DNA of 56,238 nt from Patescibacteria group bacterium (GTDB taxonomy: Bacteria; Patescibacteriota; Minisyncoccia; UBA6257; GWB1-50-10), in assembly GCA_023380415.1 (NCBI GenBank), contig JAMCRC010000025.1:1-56238 (forward strand), in the 5' to 3' direction. Positions within the stretch are counted from its first letter, which is position 1. Every line of letters starts with the position of its first letter. A model generated the notes under the pieces. The model did no database searches, had not been told where the DNA came from, and saw only the letters and a program-made list of their open reading frames with translations. Made by a program: the position numbers and the translations under genes. Shown here piece by piece: positions 24,653 to 33,873 of this stretch.

Positions 24653-26008
24653 TTATAACACCGTTTCGTCGCCCAACGAAGGCGTGGCGGCCTCGACGTT
24701 CAGTTCTTCCTTGATCTTGGCGGCGAGCGCCTTTTCGCTCTCCTCCTCGCCCTGGCAGACGAACAATTTTTGGAGGGATGGGCCGATCTGCCGCACCCAA
24801 AGAACCAGCCCGTTCTGGTCGGCGTGGGCCGAAAAACCGCTGATGTTCAGTATCTTCGCCCGCACATTCACCTCTTCGCCGAATATCTTTACGACCGATT
24901 CGCCCGCGACGAGGCGCTGCCCCAGCGATCCTTTGGCTTGGTAGCCGACAACAAGCAAGGTGCTCTTCTCGTCGGGCAGATACCGGATAGCATGGTGCAG
25001 GATCCGCCCGCCGTTCATCATTCCGGCGCCGGCAATGACGACCTTCGGTCCCGGTACGTCGTTGATTTCCTTGGACTGCTCTTTGGTAAGAGTCATGTGA
25101 AGGCCGGGAAAATCGAAGATGGCATCGCCTTGGCGCATCAATCCGACGGCTTCGCCGTTGAAGTAGTCCGGATTCGAGGCGTATTTCTGATAGACCGCGG
25201 TGAGTTTGATCGCCAGAGGACTGTCGACGAAGACCGGCACGCGCGGGATATCGCCGCTCTCGACCAGATCGTTCATGGCGTAAAGCAGGTCTTGGGTGCG
25301 CTCCATGGCGAAAGCCGGGACCATGAGGACGCCGCCTTTCTTGATGGTATCGACGATAGCGCTCCTAAGCGCTGCCTTCCTTTCGTCTACGCCTTCGTGC
25401 AGACGATCGCCGTAGGCCGATTCGACCAAGGCGAACTGGGCACCCGGGACGTATTCGGTGGGGTGGATGTAGGGCGCCGGCGTATTGCCGAGATCTCCGG
25501 AAAATACCATCTCTTTGCCGCTCCAGCGGACCACGACCGAGGCCGAGCCCAGTATATGGCCCGCATCGTAGGTCTCGACCTCGAACGGACCGATCTGGAC
25601 CTTCTCGTGATATTTGCGCTTCTGCCAGTGCGCCATCACTTTCAAAATATCGGAGGCGTCGTAGAGCGGCGGCTGGTGACGCTTGTCCGACTCCTGCCGG
25701 AGAAGGTGCTCCGAATCGAGAAGGAGGAGTTCGGCGAAATCTTTCGTCGGCGGCGTGGAATAGATCGTTCCATCGAACCCGGCCTTCACGAGCGAAGGCA
25801 GCCGGCCGATATGGTCCAGATGGGCGTGGGTCACAAAGACCGCTTTTATTTCTTTGGGGTCGTATTTGAATGGCTCGAAGTTGAGGTCCTCGCAGTAGCT
25901 AGGTCCCTGGTTCAAGCCGCAATCGACCAGAATTTTGGTATCCCCTTCCTCTAAAAGATAATTGGAGCCGGTCACCGTCTTGGCCGCTCCGCAGAATGTT
26001 AGCTTCAT
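24653..26008 (-). CDS. MBL-fold metallo-hydrolase, beta-CASP RNA-metabolising type
   Basis: 451 aa. VTHAHLDHIGRLP (HxHxDH), with a beta-CASP and C-terminal RNA-specificity-domain-like layout. Confidence 0.85.
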   Translation of the reverse strand: MKLTFCGAAKTVTGSNYLLEEGDTKILVDCGLNQGPSYCEDLNFEPFKYDPKEIKAVFVTHAHLDHIGRLPSLVKAGFDGTIYSTPPTKDFAELLLLDSEHLLRQESDKRHQPPLYDASDILKVMAHWQKRKYHEKVQIGPFEVETYDAGHILGSASVVVRWSGKEMVFSGDLGNTPAPYIHPTEYVPGAQFALVESAYGDRLHEGVDERKAALRSAIVDTIKKGGVLMVPAFAMERTQDLLYAMNDLVESGDIPRVPVFVDSPLAIKLTAVYQKYASNPDYFNGEAVGLMRQGDAIFDFPGLHMTLTKEQSKEINDVPGPKVVIAGAGMMNGGRILHHAIRYLPDEKSTLLVVGYQAKGSLGQRLVAGESVVKIFGEEVNVRAKILNISGFSAHADQNGLVLWVRQIGPSLQKLFVCQGEEESEKALAAKIKEELNVEAATPSLGDETVL

Positions 26009-26029
26009 AAGGTCATTATAGACCCGATG

Positions 26030-27241
26030 TTATTTTTTGTTCAGAAAACCCGCCACTACGTCCTTCTCGCTCCAAGGGACCTTATTGCCGGACGCGACGC
26101 GGATATACGATTCGCTTCCCTTGCCGGTGAGCACGACGGTGTCGCCGGGCCTCGCCAAACCAACGGCTCTCCTTATCGCCTCCCTGCGGTCCAAGACCTC
26201 GAAAGTATTTTCCGGCCTCAGGCGCGGTGTTTGCGCGTCCGCAAATCCCGAGCGCAGTTCTTTGATTATTTCCCGATCGTCCTCGTCGAATGGGTCTTCG
26301 CTTGTAAGGACCAGGGCGTCGCAATACCTGGCGGCCACCGCTCCCATTTTCGGCCGCTTCCATTTATCCCGGCCTCCCCCCGCGCTTCCCAATACGGCGA
26401 TGAGCCTGCCCGGCCGGCCGAAGATCTCTTCCGGCCGAACCGACCTATATATCGCCTCAAGCGAATCGGGCGTATGGGCGTAATCGACGACGACCGCGAA
26501 CGGATCCTTTTGGACGAATTCCATTCTCCCCGGTACGCCGCCGAAATCCTCGAACGCCCGGCGGACGGTCTCGGCCGGGACGCCGAACGCCTCGGCTACG
26601 GCCGCGGCCGCCCCGGCATTTTCCCGGTTGAAATCCGACCGGAACCACGGATTCTTGAGCGGCGCATACCCGTCGAATTCCGTTATGCGTCCGCCCGGCA
26701 CCCGCTCGGCGGATCTGATGAACCACGGGGAGTTCGGATCCTTGCGGTTAACGAAAAAGAGGCGTGTTTTCTTCGATGAATGCCTCAGGGACGAGAAGAA
26801 AGCGACCTTGGCCGCCCGATAGTTCTCGAAGGAACCGTGGGACTCGATGTGTTCCGGGGCCAAGTTCAGGAAGACCGCGGCATCCCAATCTATAAAGAGG
26901 TGTCGGTGCTGGGCCACCCCCTGGGAGGTTACCTCGATCACGGCATACGCGCATCCTGCCTGCCGAGCACTATTTAAAAAGGATTGGATGGACCCGCGAC
27001 CGGGCATGCTGTTCCCGGACAAGTTCTTCGCGCGGGAACCTCCGACCATCCGCCAAACGGACGTGAGGAAAGCGACCTTATGGCCGTTCGCCATCAGGGC
27101 CTCGGCGATAAGCTCTACGGTCGTTGATTTTCCTTTGGTCCCGGTCACGCCGATCACGGTAATATGCCGGCTCGGGAAGCCGAACCGCAGGGCGCCGAGA
27201 AACGCCCAAAGCCAGTGATATGCGGAATAAAGGGTCCGCAT
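26030..27241 (-). CDS. Mur ligase family protein (MurE-like, short N-terminus)
   Basis: 403 aa. GVTGTKGKSTT P-loop, DYAHTPDSLEA, GSAGGGRDKWKRP. Confidence 0.8.
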   Translation of the reverse strand: MRTLYSAYHWLWAFLGALRFGFPSRHITVIGVTGTKGKSTTVELIAEALMANGHKVAFLTSVWRMVGGSRAKNLSGNSMPGRGSIQSFLNSARQAGCAYAVIEVTSQGVAQHRHLFIDWDAAVFLNLAPEHIESHGSFENYRAAKVAFFSSLRHSSKKTRLFFVNRKDPNSPWFIRSAERVPGGRITEFDGYAPLKNPWFRSDFNRENAGAAAAVAEAFGVPAETVRRAFEDFGGVPGRMEFVQKDPFAVVVDYAHTPDSLEAIYRSVRPEEIFGRPGRLIAVLGSAGGGRDKWKRPKMGAVAARYCDALVLTSEDPFDEDDREIIKELRSGFADAQTPRLRPENTFEVLDRREAIRRAVGLARPGDTVVLTGKGSESYIRVASGNKVPWSEKDVVAGFLNKK

Positions 27242-27242
27242 A

Positions 27243-27824
27243 TCAGGCGCGTCTTCCCATCATCTTCAGGGCTTCCCGGAGGCGCTCTTCAAGCGTCCTT
27301 TTTTCCGCGCCGACCTCGCTTAAGACCTTACGGACGTCGGGGCGATTGTAGCCGAGGCCCACCAGGGCCTCTTCCACTTCGGCGTTCACGCCCATGCTCT
27401 GCGAGAGAGCATTCGCTTTGGGAAGTTTGATGCGATTTTGCAGTTCCAAAACTACCCGGCCGGCCGTTTTTTCACCGATGCCCGGGGCCCGGGATATAAG
27501 GTCGGTCCTTTTCTCGATTATCGCCGCCATTATATTCGGTACCGTATCGAGGTCCAGAATGGCGAGCGCCGTCCGGGGGCCGATGCCGGAGACCGAGTTC
27601 AATAGCTCGAATAGCTTCAGCGCCCCTTCTTCGCGGAAACCGAACAGGTCCAGTGCGTCCTCGCGGACGTAGGTATAGCAATAGACGGTGAGCGGCTCGC
27701 TCATTGCCGGAAGCCCCGCAAGCGTCTGCTTGTTCGTATGGACCTTGAAGCCCACGCCTCCGACGCCGAGGACCAAAAAATTATCGCCGACGGACCTGAG
27801 CTTCCCTTCGAGCATGTAGATCAT
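27243..27824 (-). CDS. ruvA: Holliday junction branch migration protein RuvA
   Basis: 193 aa. GVGFKVH..., LFGF, VSGIGPRTALAIL, and APGIGEKTAGRVVLEL HhH motifs. Confidence 0.93.
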   Translation of the reverse strand: MIYMLEGKLRSVGDNFLVLGVGGVGFKVHTNKQTLAGLPAMSEPLTVYCYTYVREDALDLFGFREEGALKLFELLNSVSGIGPRTALAILDLDTVPNIMAAIIEKRTDLISRAPGIGEKTAGRVVLELQNRIKLPKANALSQSMGVNAEVEEALVGLGYNRPDVRKVLSEVGAEKRTLEERLREALKMMGRRA

Positions 27825-27893
27825 TCCCCTTCATTATAGCGGGGTAGCGGTTTGACACCAGACCCGGAAACCCGTAATATACCAATCAATTCA

Positions 27894-28148
27894 ATGCCTA
27901 TCACTCGTTCAGCGAAAAACGCCCTTCGCCAGTCGGTGCGCCGCCGAGGCCGGAACCTGAAGCGCAAGAAACAGCTCACTGACGCTCTCAAGGGCTATCG
28001 GAAAACGCTCGCGGCCGGAAAAAAAGAAGAGGCCGCGAAGTCGCTCATCCAGGTCTATAAGGCCGCCGATAAGCTCGCCAAAACCGGCGTCATCCACAAG
28101 AACCGCGCGAACCGGATCAAGTCCAGGCTGGCGAAAAAACTGAAGTAG
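27894..28148 (+). CDS. rpsT: 30S ribosomal protein S20
   Basis: Track ORF (TTG 27852) trimmed to ATG 27894: MPITRSAKNALRQSVRRRGRNLKRK... Confidence 0.9.
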   Translation: MPITRSAKNALRQSVRRRGRNLKRKKQLTDALKGYRKTLAAGKKEEAAKSLIQVYKAADKLAKTGVIHKNRANRIKSRLAKKLK

Positions 28149-28153
28149 GAAAG

Positions 28154-28177
28154 ACCCGCCTCACCGGCGGGTTTTTA
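28154..28177 (+). terminator. intrinsic terminator after rpsT
   Basis: Stem ACCCGCC / GGCGGGT with a 5-nt loop, then T5. Confidence 0.65.
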
Positions 28178-28254
28178 CTTAAAGCGCGCGTCCTGCAAGG
28201 AGGGCGGGCTCGGCAAGCGCGGCCCGGAGCGCCCAACGAGCGGGATATCCGGCA

Positions 28255-29130
28255 TTATCGTAGGACGAAATCCAATAATGCCTCCTCGTAGTCCAAGCCG
28301 CCGCTTTTGACGCTCGCATCGTAGTCGGCCAAGCGGACCGCATCGCCGCCTCGCGCCATAAACCCCAAGGAGTTGAACACGTAGGCCGCCGCTTCCTTTT
28401 GGAGGAAGAGCTTCTCGAGAAGCTTCATTCTATCCGTCCGATTCCTGGCCCACATTATGGCCCGCGCGCCTTCAAAGACAGCCGTCTTCGAAGACCATTC
28501 GATGACGGGCTCGATCGACTTGGCCGCGATCGGCTGAGGAAGGTCCATTAAAGACAATTTCTCTATCTCGTTTACGGCGTTCCAACTCGCATCCGGAGCG
28601 CTTTCCAGAAAACCCAGAAAAAACCTCAGGGCTTCCGGCGAAAAAGAGATGGCGTGCGCCTCGGACTCCGCCGCGACGAAACGCCGCAGGCCTTCGCCCG
28701 CAAGCTCATCAAATGTCGACGAGCGGACCGGTTTTTTCAAAAGAAAATCGAAGGCCTTGAGCGGCTTACCGGAGTCGGATAAGAAAACGAATATTTTCGG
28801 CTCTTCGGCGTACTTTTTAAGCACGCCGGCCCATTGCTTCCTCCAAGCCGCCGCGCCCTTCACGTCCCTTTCCTCACCCTCCGCTCCGTCGGCACTCTTT
28901 TTCGACGCCTTGTCAGAGCAAGTGCCCTCACGAGCGACCAAGACCTTGCTCGGAGTGAACATAGACGGCTGGCTCAGGAAATCGCGCGCCTTTTCCCAGG
29001 CCTCCTGGTCCTCGATGAAATCTACGTCCAGGAAGTCGGCTGCCGGGTACTTCTTGAAATAGTCGGCCAAAAGTTCCCGCAGCTTCATTTTGCGACGATA
29101 GGAATCGGGGCCGTAAAGATGGATGATCAT
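28255..29130 (-). CDS. holA: DNA polymerase III delta subunit-like protein
   Basis: Start set at MIIHLYGPDSY (ATG 29130), directly abutting the mutM stop. The length and N-terminal pattern fit HolA, but similarity is weak. Confidence 0.65.
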   Translation of the reverse strand: MIIHLYGPDSYRRKMKLRELLADYFKKYPAADFLDVDFIEDQEAWEKARDFLSQPSMFTPSKVLVAREGTCSDKASKKSADGAEGEERDVKGAAAWRKQWAGVLKKYAEEPKIFVFLSDSGKPLKAFDFLLKKPVRSSTFDELAGEGLRRFVAAESEAHAISFSPEALRFFLGFLESAPDASWNAVNEIEKLSLMDLPQPIAAKSIEPVIEWSSKTAVFEGARAIMWARNRTDRMKLLEKLFLQKEAAAYVFNSLGFMARGGDAVRLADYDASVKSGGLDYEEALLDFVLR

Positions 29131-30047
29131 TTGGGCTTTTGGCAATGCGGACAAAAATGAGCCGAGCGTTGGCCTATCTTCATCCGCTTAATGGTACTCC
29201 CGCAACGCGGGCACTTGCCACCCTCGCGGCCGTATGCCCGGCGAACCAGCTGATACCGGCCCTCGCGGCCGGAAGAATCGCGGAAATCGTCCACGGACGA
29301 GCCACGAAGACGGATGGCTTCTTTGAGGACCCGGCGCATCGATCTATAGAGCCGCCCCAGCTCGGCCGGCGTCAGACCGGCTGCGCTCCGGGCGGGATGT
29401 ATGCGCGCGAACCACAACGACTCATCGGCGTATATGTTGCCGAGACCGCTCAAGAAGCTCTGGTCCAAAAGAAGGGGCTTGATCTTCGTCTTCTTGCCGG
29501 CAATGATCGTTTTGAAATCTTTCAAAGTGAAGTTCTCGGCGATCGGCTCGGGGCCCAATCCGATCAGTCCGGCCAGGTTCGAGATCTCATCTTCCGGTCC
29601 GGCCACCACCTTGGCGAAACGGCGGAGGTCGGAGAGAGCGAGCATGCGGCCGTCCTTTAGGAAGAAAATGAGGCGGATAAAGCGGTTACGATCGTGGCCC
29701 AATGGCCCGCTCACGTTATCCGGAACCCATTTCTGGCCCGCCCAGACATCTTTTTTCGTGCTTTGTATTTTGTACTTGGCTTTTGGCATCCAACGGCCGA
29801 CCAGAAAATGACCGGTCATTTTTTGATGAGCGAGCATGGCGTACCCGCCCGAGAGGTGGAAGATAACGTTCTTGCCCCGCCGGCCGACGGAAATTATCCG
29901 CCGTCCCCCGATCGTCCGCCTGAAGGCGGCTTCTGTCTGGGGCCGGAAATATTTCGGCCAATCGGTCCAAATATCCACAATGGTGCTTCCCCTGACCTTT
30001 CTCTGAAGGTCTGTTGCGATCGTGTGGACCTCGGGGAGTTCTGGCAT
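29127..30047 (-). CDS. mutM: formamidopyrimidine-DNA glycosylase (Fpg/MutM)
   Basis: MPELPEV N-terminus, H2TH region, and C-terminal zinc finger CPRCGSTIKRMKIGQRSAHFCPHCQ. Confidence 0.92.
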   Translation of the reverse strand: MPELPEVHTIATDLQRKVRGSTIVDIWTDWPKYFRPQTEAAFRRTIGGRRIISVGRRGKNVIFHLSGGYAMLAHQKMTGHFLVGRWMPKAKYKIQSTKKDVWAGQKWVPDNVSGPLGHDRNRFIRLIFFLKDGRMLALSDLRRFAKVVAGPEDEISNLAGLIGLGPEPIAENFTLKDFKTIIAGKKTKIKPLLLDQSFLSGLGNIYADESLWFARIHPARSAAGLTPAELGRLYRSMRRVLKEAIRLRGSSVDDFRDSSGREGRYQLVRRAYGREGGKCPRCGSTIKRMKIGQRSAHFCPHCQKPK

Positions 30048-30061
30048 TGATTAATTCTCCG

Positions 30062-30103
30062 ATAAAAAACGGGCCGCAGCAAGGAATGGTTCCTTGTGCG
30101 GCC
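30062..30103 (-). terminator. strong intrinsic terminator after the lipoprotein gene, 15 nt upstream of mutM ATG
   Basis: 14-bp stem (one bulge), 30072-30086 / 30090-30103, with a 3-nt loop. In minus sense it is followed by GUUUUUUAUC. Confidence 0.6.
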
Positions 30104-30108
30104 ACGGG

Positions 30109-30852
30109 TCAATATTTGAACCCCGGCGGGGTTGCAAATAACTGGATCGCATACGGCCCGCTGTTATACAGATCCACGCGGCCGAGATTCCGCCGCGACA
30201 AGATCGCACCGCGGTCGTTGAGATAATCGACACTAATGGTATAAGAGACGGTGTAAGGGCGATATCCCACGAGCTCCTCCTTGGCATAGAATCCTCCCGG
30301 TCTCACCCAAGTCCTTTTGACGCTCCAGGGTTCGGCTACCATGCCGGGATAAACTATCACGCAAGCGTCGTGGCGGGTGAAGTTCGGTATCTGCACTACG
30401 ACCGTTGTCCGGTTGGGCATATCCGGGAACTCTATCGTCCGAACACTCCCAAAGCTGGCTTGTGAACTGTAATATCGGCACGTGCCGTCGGGGAGATAAA
30501 CGGTGCCGATCGTCCATTTGTGGAACTGCCCGTTTCTCAGATAGGCGGTAGCCAGAGCCATCCCCACATAATGCGCGCATGCCTCATCCGAATACATCGG
30601 CACCACCAAAGCCAGGGCGGAATAACCCAGCCAGAGATATTTCTCTCCGTAGACGGCCTCGTTCGGACGGATAATGCACAAAGGGTGAACCGTATCAGCT
30701 TGGGCGAATATCTTTCCGAAAAAAGGCGTCGGATTGTCTATTTCGAGCCTTGCCGGGTCCAATCGGGCGTCCGTCACGACCCGGATCGGGCTGAAGTAGA
30801 TGCAGCCGCCGAAGATCGCGGCCAGTATCAGCGGGATGATTCTTGTTTTCAA
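30109..30852 (-). CDS. hypothetical lipoprotein
   Basis: 247 aa. Signal peptide with a lipobox-like LAAIFGGC. No domain recognised. Confidence 0.65.
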   Translation of the reverse strand: MKTRIIPLILAAIFGGCIYFSPIRVVTDARLDPARLEIDNPTPFFGKIFAQADTVHPLCIIRPNEAVYGEKYLWLGYSALALVVPMYSDEACAHYVGMALATAYLRNGQFHKWTIGTVYLPDGTCRYYSSQASFGSVRTIEFPDMPNRTTVVVQIPNFTRHDACVIVYPGMVAEPWSVKRTWVRPGGFYAKEELVGYRPYTVSYTISVDYLNDRGAILSRRNLGRVDLYNSGPYAIQLFATPPGFKY

Positions 30853-30964
30853 TCTAGCCTCCTTGTTATGCTCGCAAAATTATACGTCTAAATAAGCGGT
30901 ATTGTCAATGAACGACATCGCGGACAGTGGGAGTGGAGCCGTGATTAAGCTATAATTACGTCAG

Positions 30965-32632
30965 ATGACACCTAATCCGAATCTCGAGGAGCAGCTCCAA
31001 AAACAGCGCCGCCTGGCCGAGGAGGAGGACGCCAAGCGCCGGGCCCAAAAACTGGGACTACCCTATCTAGACCTGATATCCACCCGCGTGCCGACCGAGA
31101 TCAAGGCCATGGCCCTGGTCCCGGAAGAACGGGCCAAATCCGCCCTTCTTTGCCCTTTGCAGCTCATCAAGACATCTCTTATGGTGGCGGCCTTCGACCC
31201 GGAGCGGCCGGAATCAAAAGCGATCATCGACGAACTTAAAAGCGGCCACGATGTGAAAGTGGTCGTTTCATCCCTTACGGGGTTGAAGCACGCCTGGAGC
31301 TATTACCAGTACATCGTTCCCCAGAAAGAGATCAGCGGACGCGTGGAGATAGATCAGGGCGAGCTTAAGAAGATGAGCGAAGAGGTGAAAAGCCTGGACG
31401 CGCTCCATAAGGCCCTCGCCGAATTCCAAAGCCCTTACGTCTCTCAAGTGCTCGAGATCGTCCTCGGCGGCGCAATGGCGTTGGGCGCATCGGACATCCA
31501 TCTCGAGCCGGCCGAAAAGGCGGGCCTGCTGCGCCTCCGCATCGACGGATTGCTCCACGGAGTTTACGACGCCTTTGAGCCGCACATGTACCAATCAATC
31601 GTGACCAGGGTCAAACTCCTTTCGGGACTGAAGTTGAACGTGAAGGACGAGGCCCAGGACGGCCGGTTCACCATTGCGCTCGCGGACCGCTCGATCGAGA
31701 TCCGGACGTCGATCATACCCTCCGAGTACGGCGAGACGGCCGTGCTTCGGTTGCTCGACCCCAGATCGCTCAAAGTGAACCTCGAAGAGCTCGGTTGGCG
31801 CGGCGACGACCTCGCGATAGCCGAGGCCGAGCTCAAGAAGCCGAATGGCCTCATTTTGAACACCGGCCCCACCGGCTCCGGAAAAACGACGACGCTCTAC
31901 GCCTTCCTGCGCCACGCCCAAAGACCGGAGCTCAAGATCATAACTATCGAGGACCCGATCGAATATCATTTGCCCGGCATTTCCCAGACCCAAGTGGACG
32001 CCGAGGCCGGCTATACTTTCGCGGACGGATTGCGTTCTATTTTGAGGCAAGATCCCAATATCATCCTCGTCGGAGAGATCCGCGACAAGGAAACGGCCGA
32101 GATCGCCTTGAACGCGTCCCTAACCGGCCACCTGGTTTTCTCGACCCTCCACACGAACGATGCCGTCGGCGCGATACCGCGCCTCATGGACCTGAAGATC
32201 CAATCGAACATCCTGGGTCCGGCCCTGAGCTTGGTGATCGCTCAACGCCTGGTCCGGGTCCTCTGCCCGAAATGCAAGGCCGTTGATGAAAGCGCTGCTG
32301 GTTTAGGAGATAAAATAAAGGGATTCGTGGCCGGACTGCCGGATCGCGTTAAAAAAGAGGATTACTCCGCGCCGAAGATATACAAGGCCGTGGGGTGCGA
32401 CGCTTGCGGCGGAATCGGCTACAAAGGACGCACATCCATCTTCGAACTTTTCCAGATAACGGAAGGGGTCGAGGAGGCGATATATAAAAACCCGACCGAG
32501 ATCGAGCTTAAGGGCTTGGCAAAAGGCCAGGGAATGGTTACGATGCAAGAGGATGGTCTCCTTAAGGCGCTCCACGGGGTCACTAGCTTAGAAGAAGTGG
32601 AACGTCTCACGGGACCGATCGAATGGGCGTGA
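30965..32632 (+). CDS. pilB: GspE/PilB-family type IV pilus (type II secretion) assembly ATPase
   Basis: 555 aa. T2SSE_N-like N-terminus, GPTGSGKTTTLYA Walker A, Asp/His boxes, and the tetracysteine CPKC...CDACGG. Confidence 0.9.
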   Translation: MTPNPNLEEQLQKQRRLAEEEDAKRRAQKLGLPYLDLISTRVPTEIKAMALVPEERAKSALLCPLQLIKTSLMVAAFDPERPESKAIIDELKSGHDVKVVVSSLTGLKHAWSYYQYIVPQKEISGRVEIDQGELKKMSEEVKSLDALHKALAEFQSPYVSQVLEIVLGGAMALGASDIHLEPAEKAGLLRLRIDGLLHGVYDAFEPHMYQSIVTRVKLLSGLKLNVKDEAQDGRFTIALADRSIEIRTSIIPSEYGETAVLRLLDPRSLKVNLEELGWRGDDLAIAEAELKKPNGLILNTGPTGSGKTTTLYAFLRHAQRPELKIITIEDPIEYHLPGISQTQVDAEAGYTFADGLRSILRQDPNIILVGEIRDKETAEIALNASLTGHLVFSTLHTNDAVGAIPRLMDLKIQSNILGPALSLVIAQRLVRVLCPKCKAVDESAAGLGDKIKGFVAGLPDRVKKEDYSAPKIYKAVGCDACGGIGYKGRTSIFELFQITEGVEEAIYKNPTEIELKGLAKGQGMVTMQEDGLLKALHGVTSLEEVERLTGPIEWA

Positions 32633-32656
32633 AAAAATAAAAAAGCCATCCCGAAG

Positions 32657-32774
32657 GGAGATCTGTGAGCATTTTTGCCAATGGTGGAGGCGAAATTAAG
32701 ATCTCTCCGAGGAATTGCCCAGCCGAAACCAAGCAACCCGAAGCTGGGAGAAATCTCTTTGCTCACAGGTCTCC
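32657..32774 (+). ncRNA. candidate structured RNA element in pilB-ruvB spacer
   Basis: 15-bp helix GGAGAUCUGUGAGCA (32657-71) / UGCUCACAGGUCUCC (32760-74). Its single non-Watson-Crick pair is U:G on the plus strand and A:C on the minus strand. Inner hairpin CCCAGC...GCUGGG. Confidence 0.35.
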
Positions 32775-32850
32775 ATTAAGGATGACGGCGACCATTCTAG
32801 CATAATGGGTTTCAAATGTCAACCCCGCATCTCTGGTGGCGATTTCGATG

Positions 32851-32856
32851 TATAAT
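32851..32856 (+). promoter_or_regulatory. perfect TATAAT -10 hexamer 5 nt upstream of the ruvB ATG (possible leaderless mRNA)
   Basis: TATAAT at 32851-32856 and ATG at 32862. No Shine-Dalgarno can fit between them. The -35 is weak (CATCTC). Confidence 0.3.
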
Positions 32857-32861
32857 CTCGA

Positions 32862-33866
32862 ATGAGTATGCCCAAAAAAGCGCCTGAAATCTCGACCGAA
32901 GAAGGGGCCTTGGAGGCCCTCCGCCCCCAACGGTTCGAAGACTATATCGGCCAAACCAAGATCAAGACGAACCTCCAGCTGATCATTGATGCCGCCAAGG
33001 GCCGCGGCGAAGCCTGCGACCATCTCCTCTTCTACGGCCAGGCCGGATTAGGGAAAACCACGCTCGCTTACATCATCGGCCGCGAGATGAACGTGAATGT
33101 CCGCTCCACCTCCGGTCCGGCCATCGAGAAAGCTGGCGATATGGCGGCTCTGCTTTCGAATCTCGAAGCCAACGAAGTCCTTTTCATAGACGAGATCCAT
33201 CGTCTGAACAAGCTTGCCGAGGAGATCCTTTACCCGGCGCTCGAGAGCCGCAAGCTTCATCTCATCGTCGGCAAGGGGCCGTCCGCTCGCACCTTCACCC
33301 TCGACCTTCCGCCCATCACCGTGATCGGCGCCACGACCAAAGTGAATATGCTTTCGGCACCGCTCCGCTCGCGGTTCGGCGCCACCTTCCGCCTCGAATA
33401 CTACCAGCACGAGGACATCGAGCGGATCATCGCCCGTTCCGCGAAGATACTCGGCGTCGCGATAACGCCGGAGGCGGCCCGGGCGCTCGCTCGCGCTTCC
33501 CGCTTCACTCCCCGCATCGCGAACCGCCTCCTGAAACGCGCCCGCGACTACGCACAGGTCTACAAAAAACGGTCCATCGACGACGAGGTGGTCAAGGCGA
33601 CGCTCGACATGCTCGAAATAGACGATCTTGGCCTCGATGAGACCGATCGCGAGCTCCTGCGGATCATCGTTTCCAAATTCAACGGCGGTCCGGTGGGCCT
33701 CAAGACACTGGCTGCGGCCCTGAACGAGGATATGGAGACCATCGAAGAGGTTTATGAGCCGTTCTTGATGAAACTGGGGCTTTTGAACCGCACCTCCCTG
33801 GGCCGTATGGCGACTCCCCTAGCCTACGAGCATCTCGGATTGCAGCGCGATAAGAAGCTTATTTGA
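32862..33866 (+). CDS. ruvB: Holliday junction branch migration DNA helicase RuvB
   Basis: 334 aa. LRPQRFEDYIGQ, GQAGLGKTTLA, FIDEIHRL, and a RuvB C-terminal winged helix. Confidence 0.96.
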   Translation: MSMPKKAPEISTEEGALEALRPQRFEDYIGQTKIKTNLQLIIDAAKGRGEACDHLLFYGQAGLGKTTLAYIIGREMNVNVRSTSGPAIEKAGDMAALLSNLEANEVLFIDEIHRLNKLAEEILYPALESRKLHLIVGKGPSARTFTLDLPPITVIGATTKVNMLSAPLRSRFGATFRLEYYQHEDIERIIARSAKILGVAITPEAARALARASRFTPRIANRLLKRARDYAQVYKKRSIDDEVVKATLDMLEIDDLGLDETDRELLRIIVSKFNGGPVGLKTLAAALNEDMETIEEVYEPFLMKLGLLNRTSLGRMATPLAYEHLGLQRDKKLI

Positions 33867-33873
33867 ACGCGGC

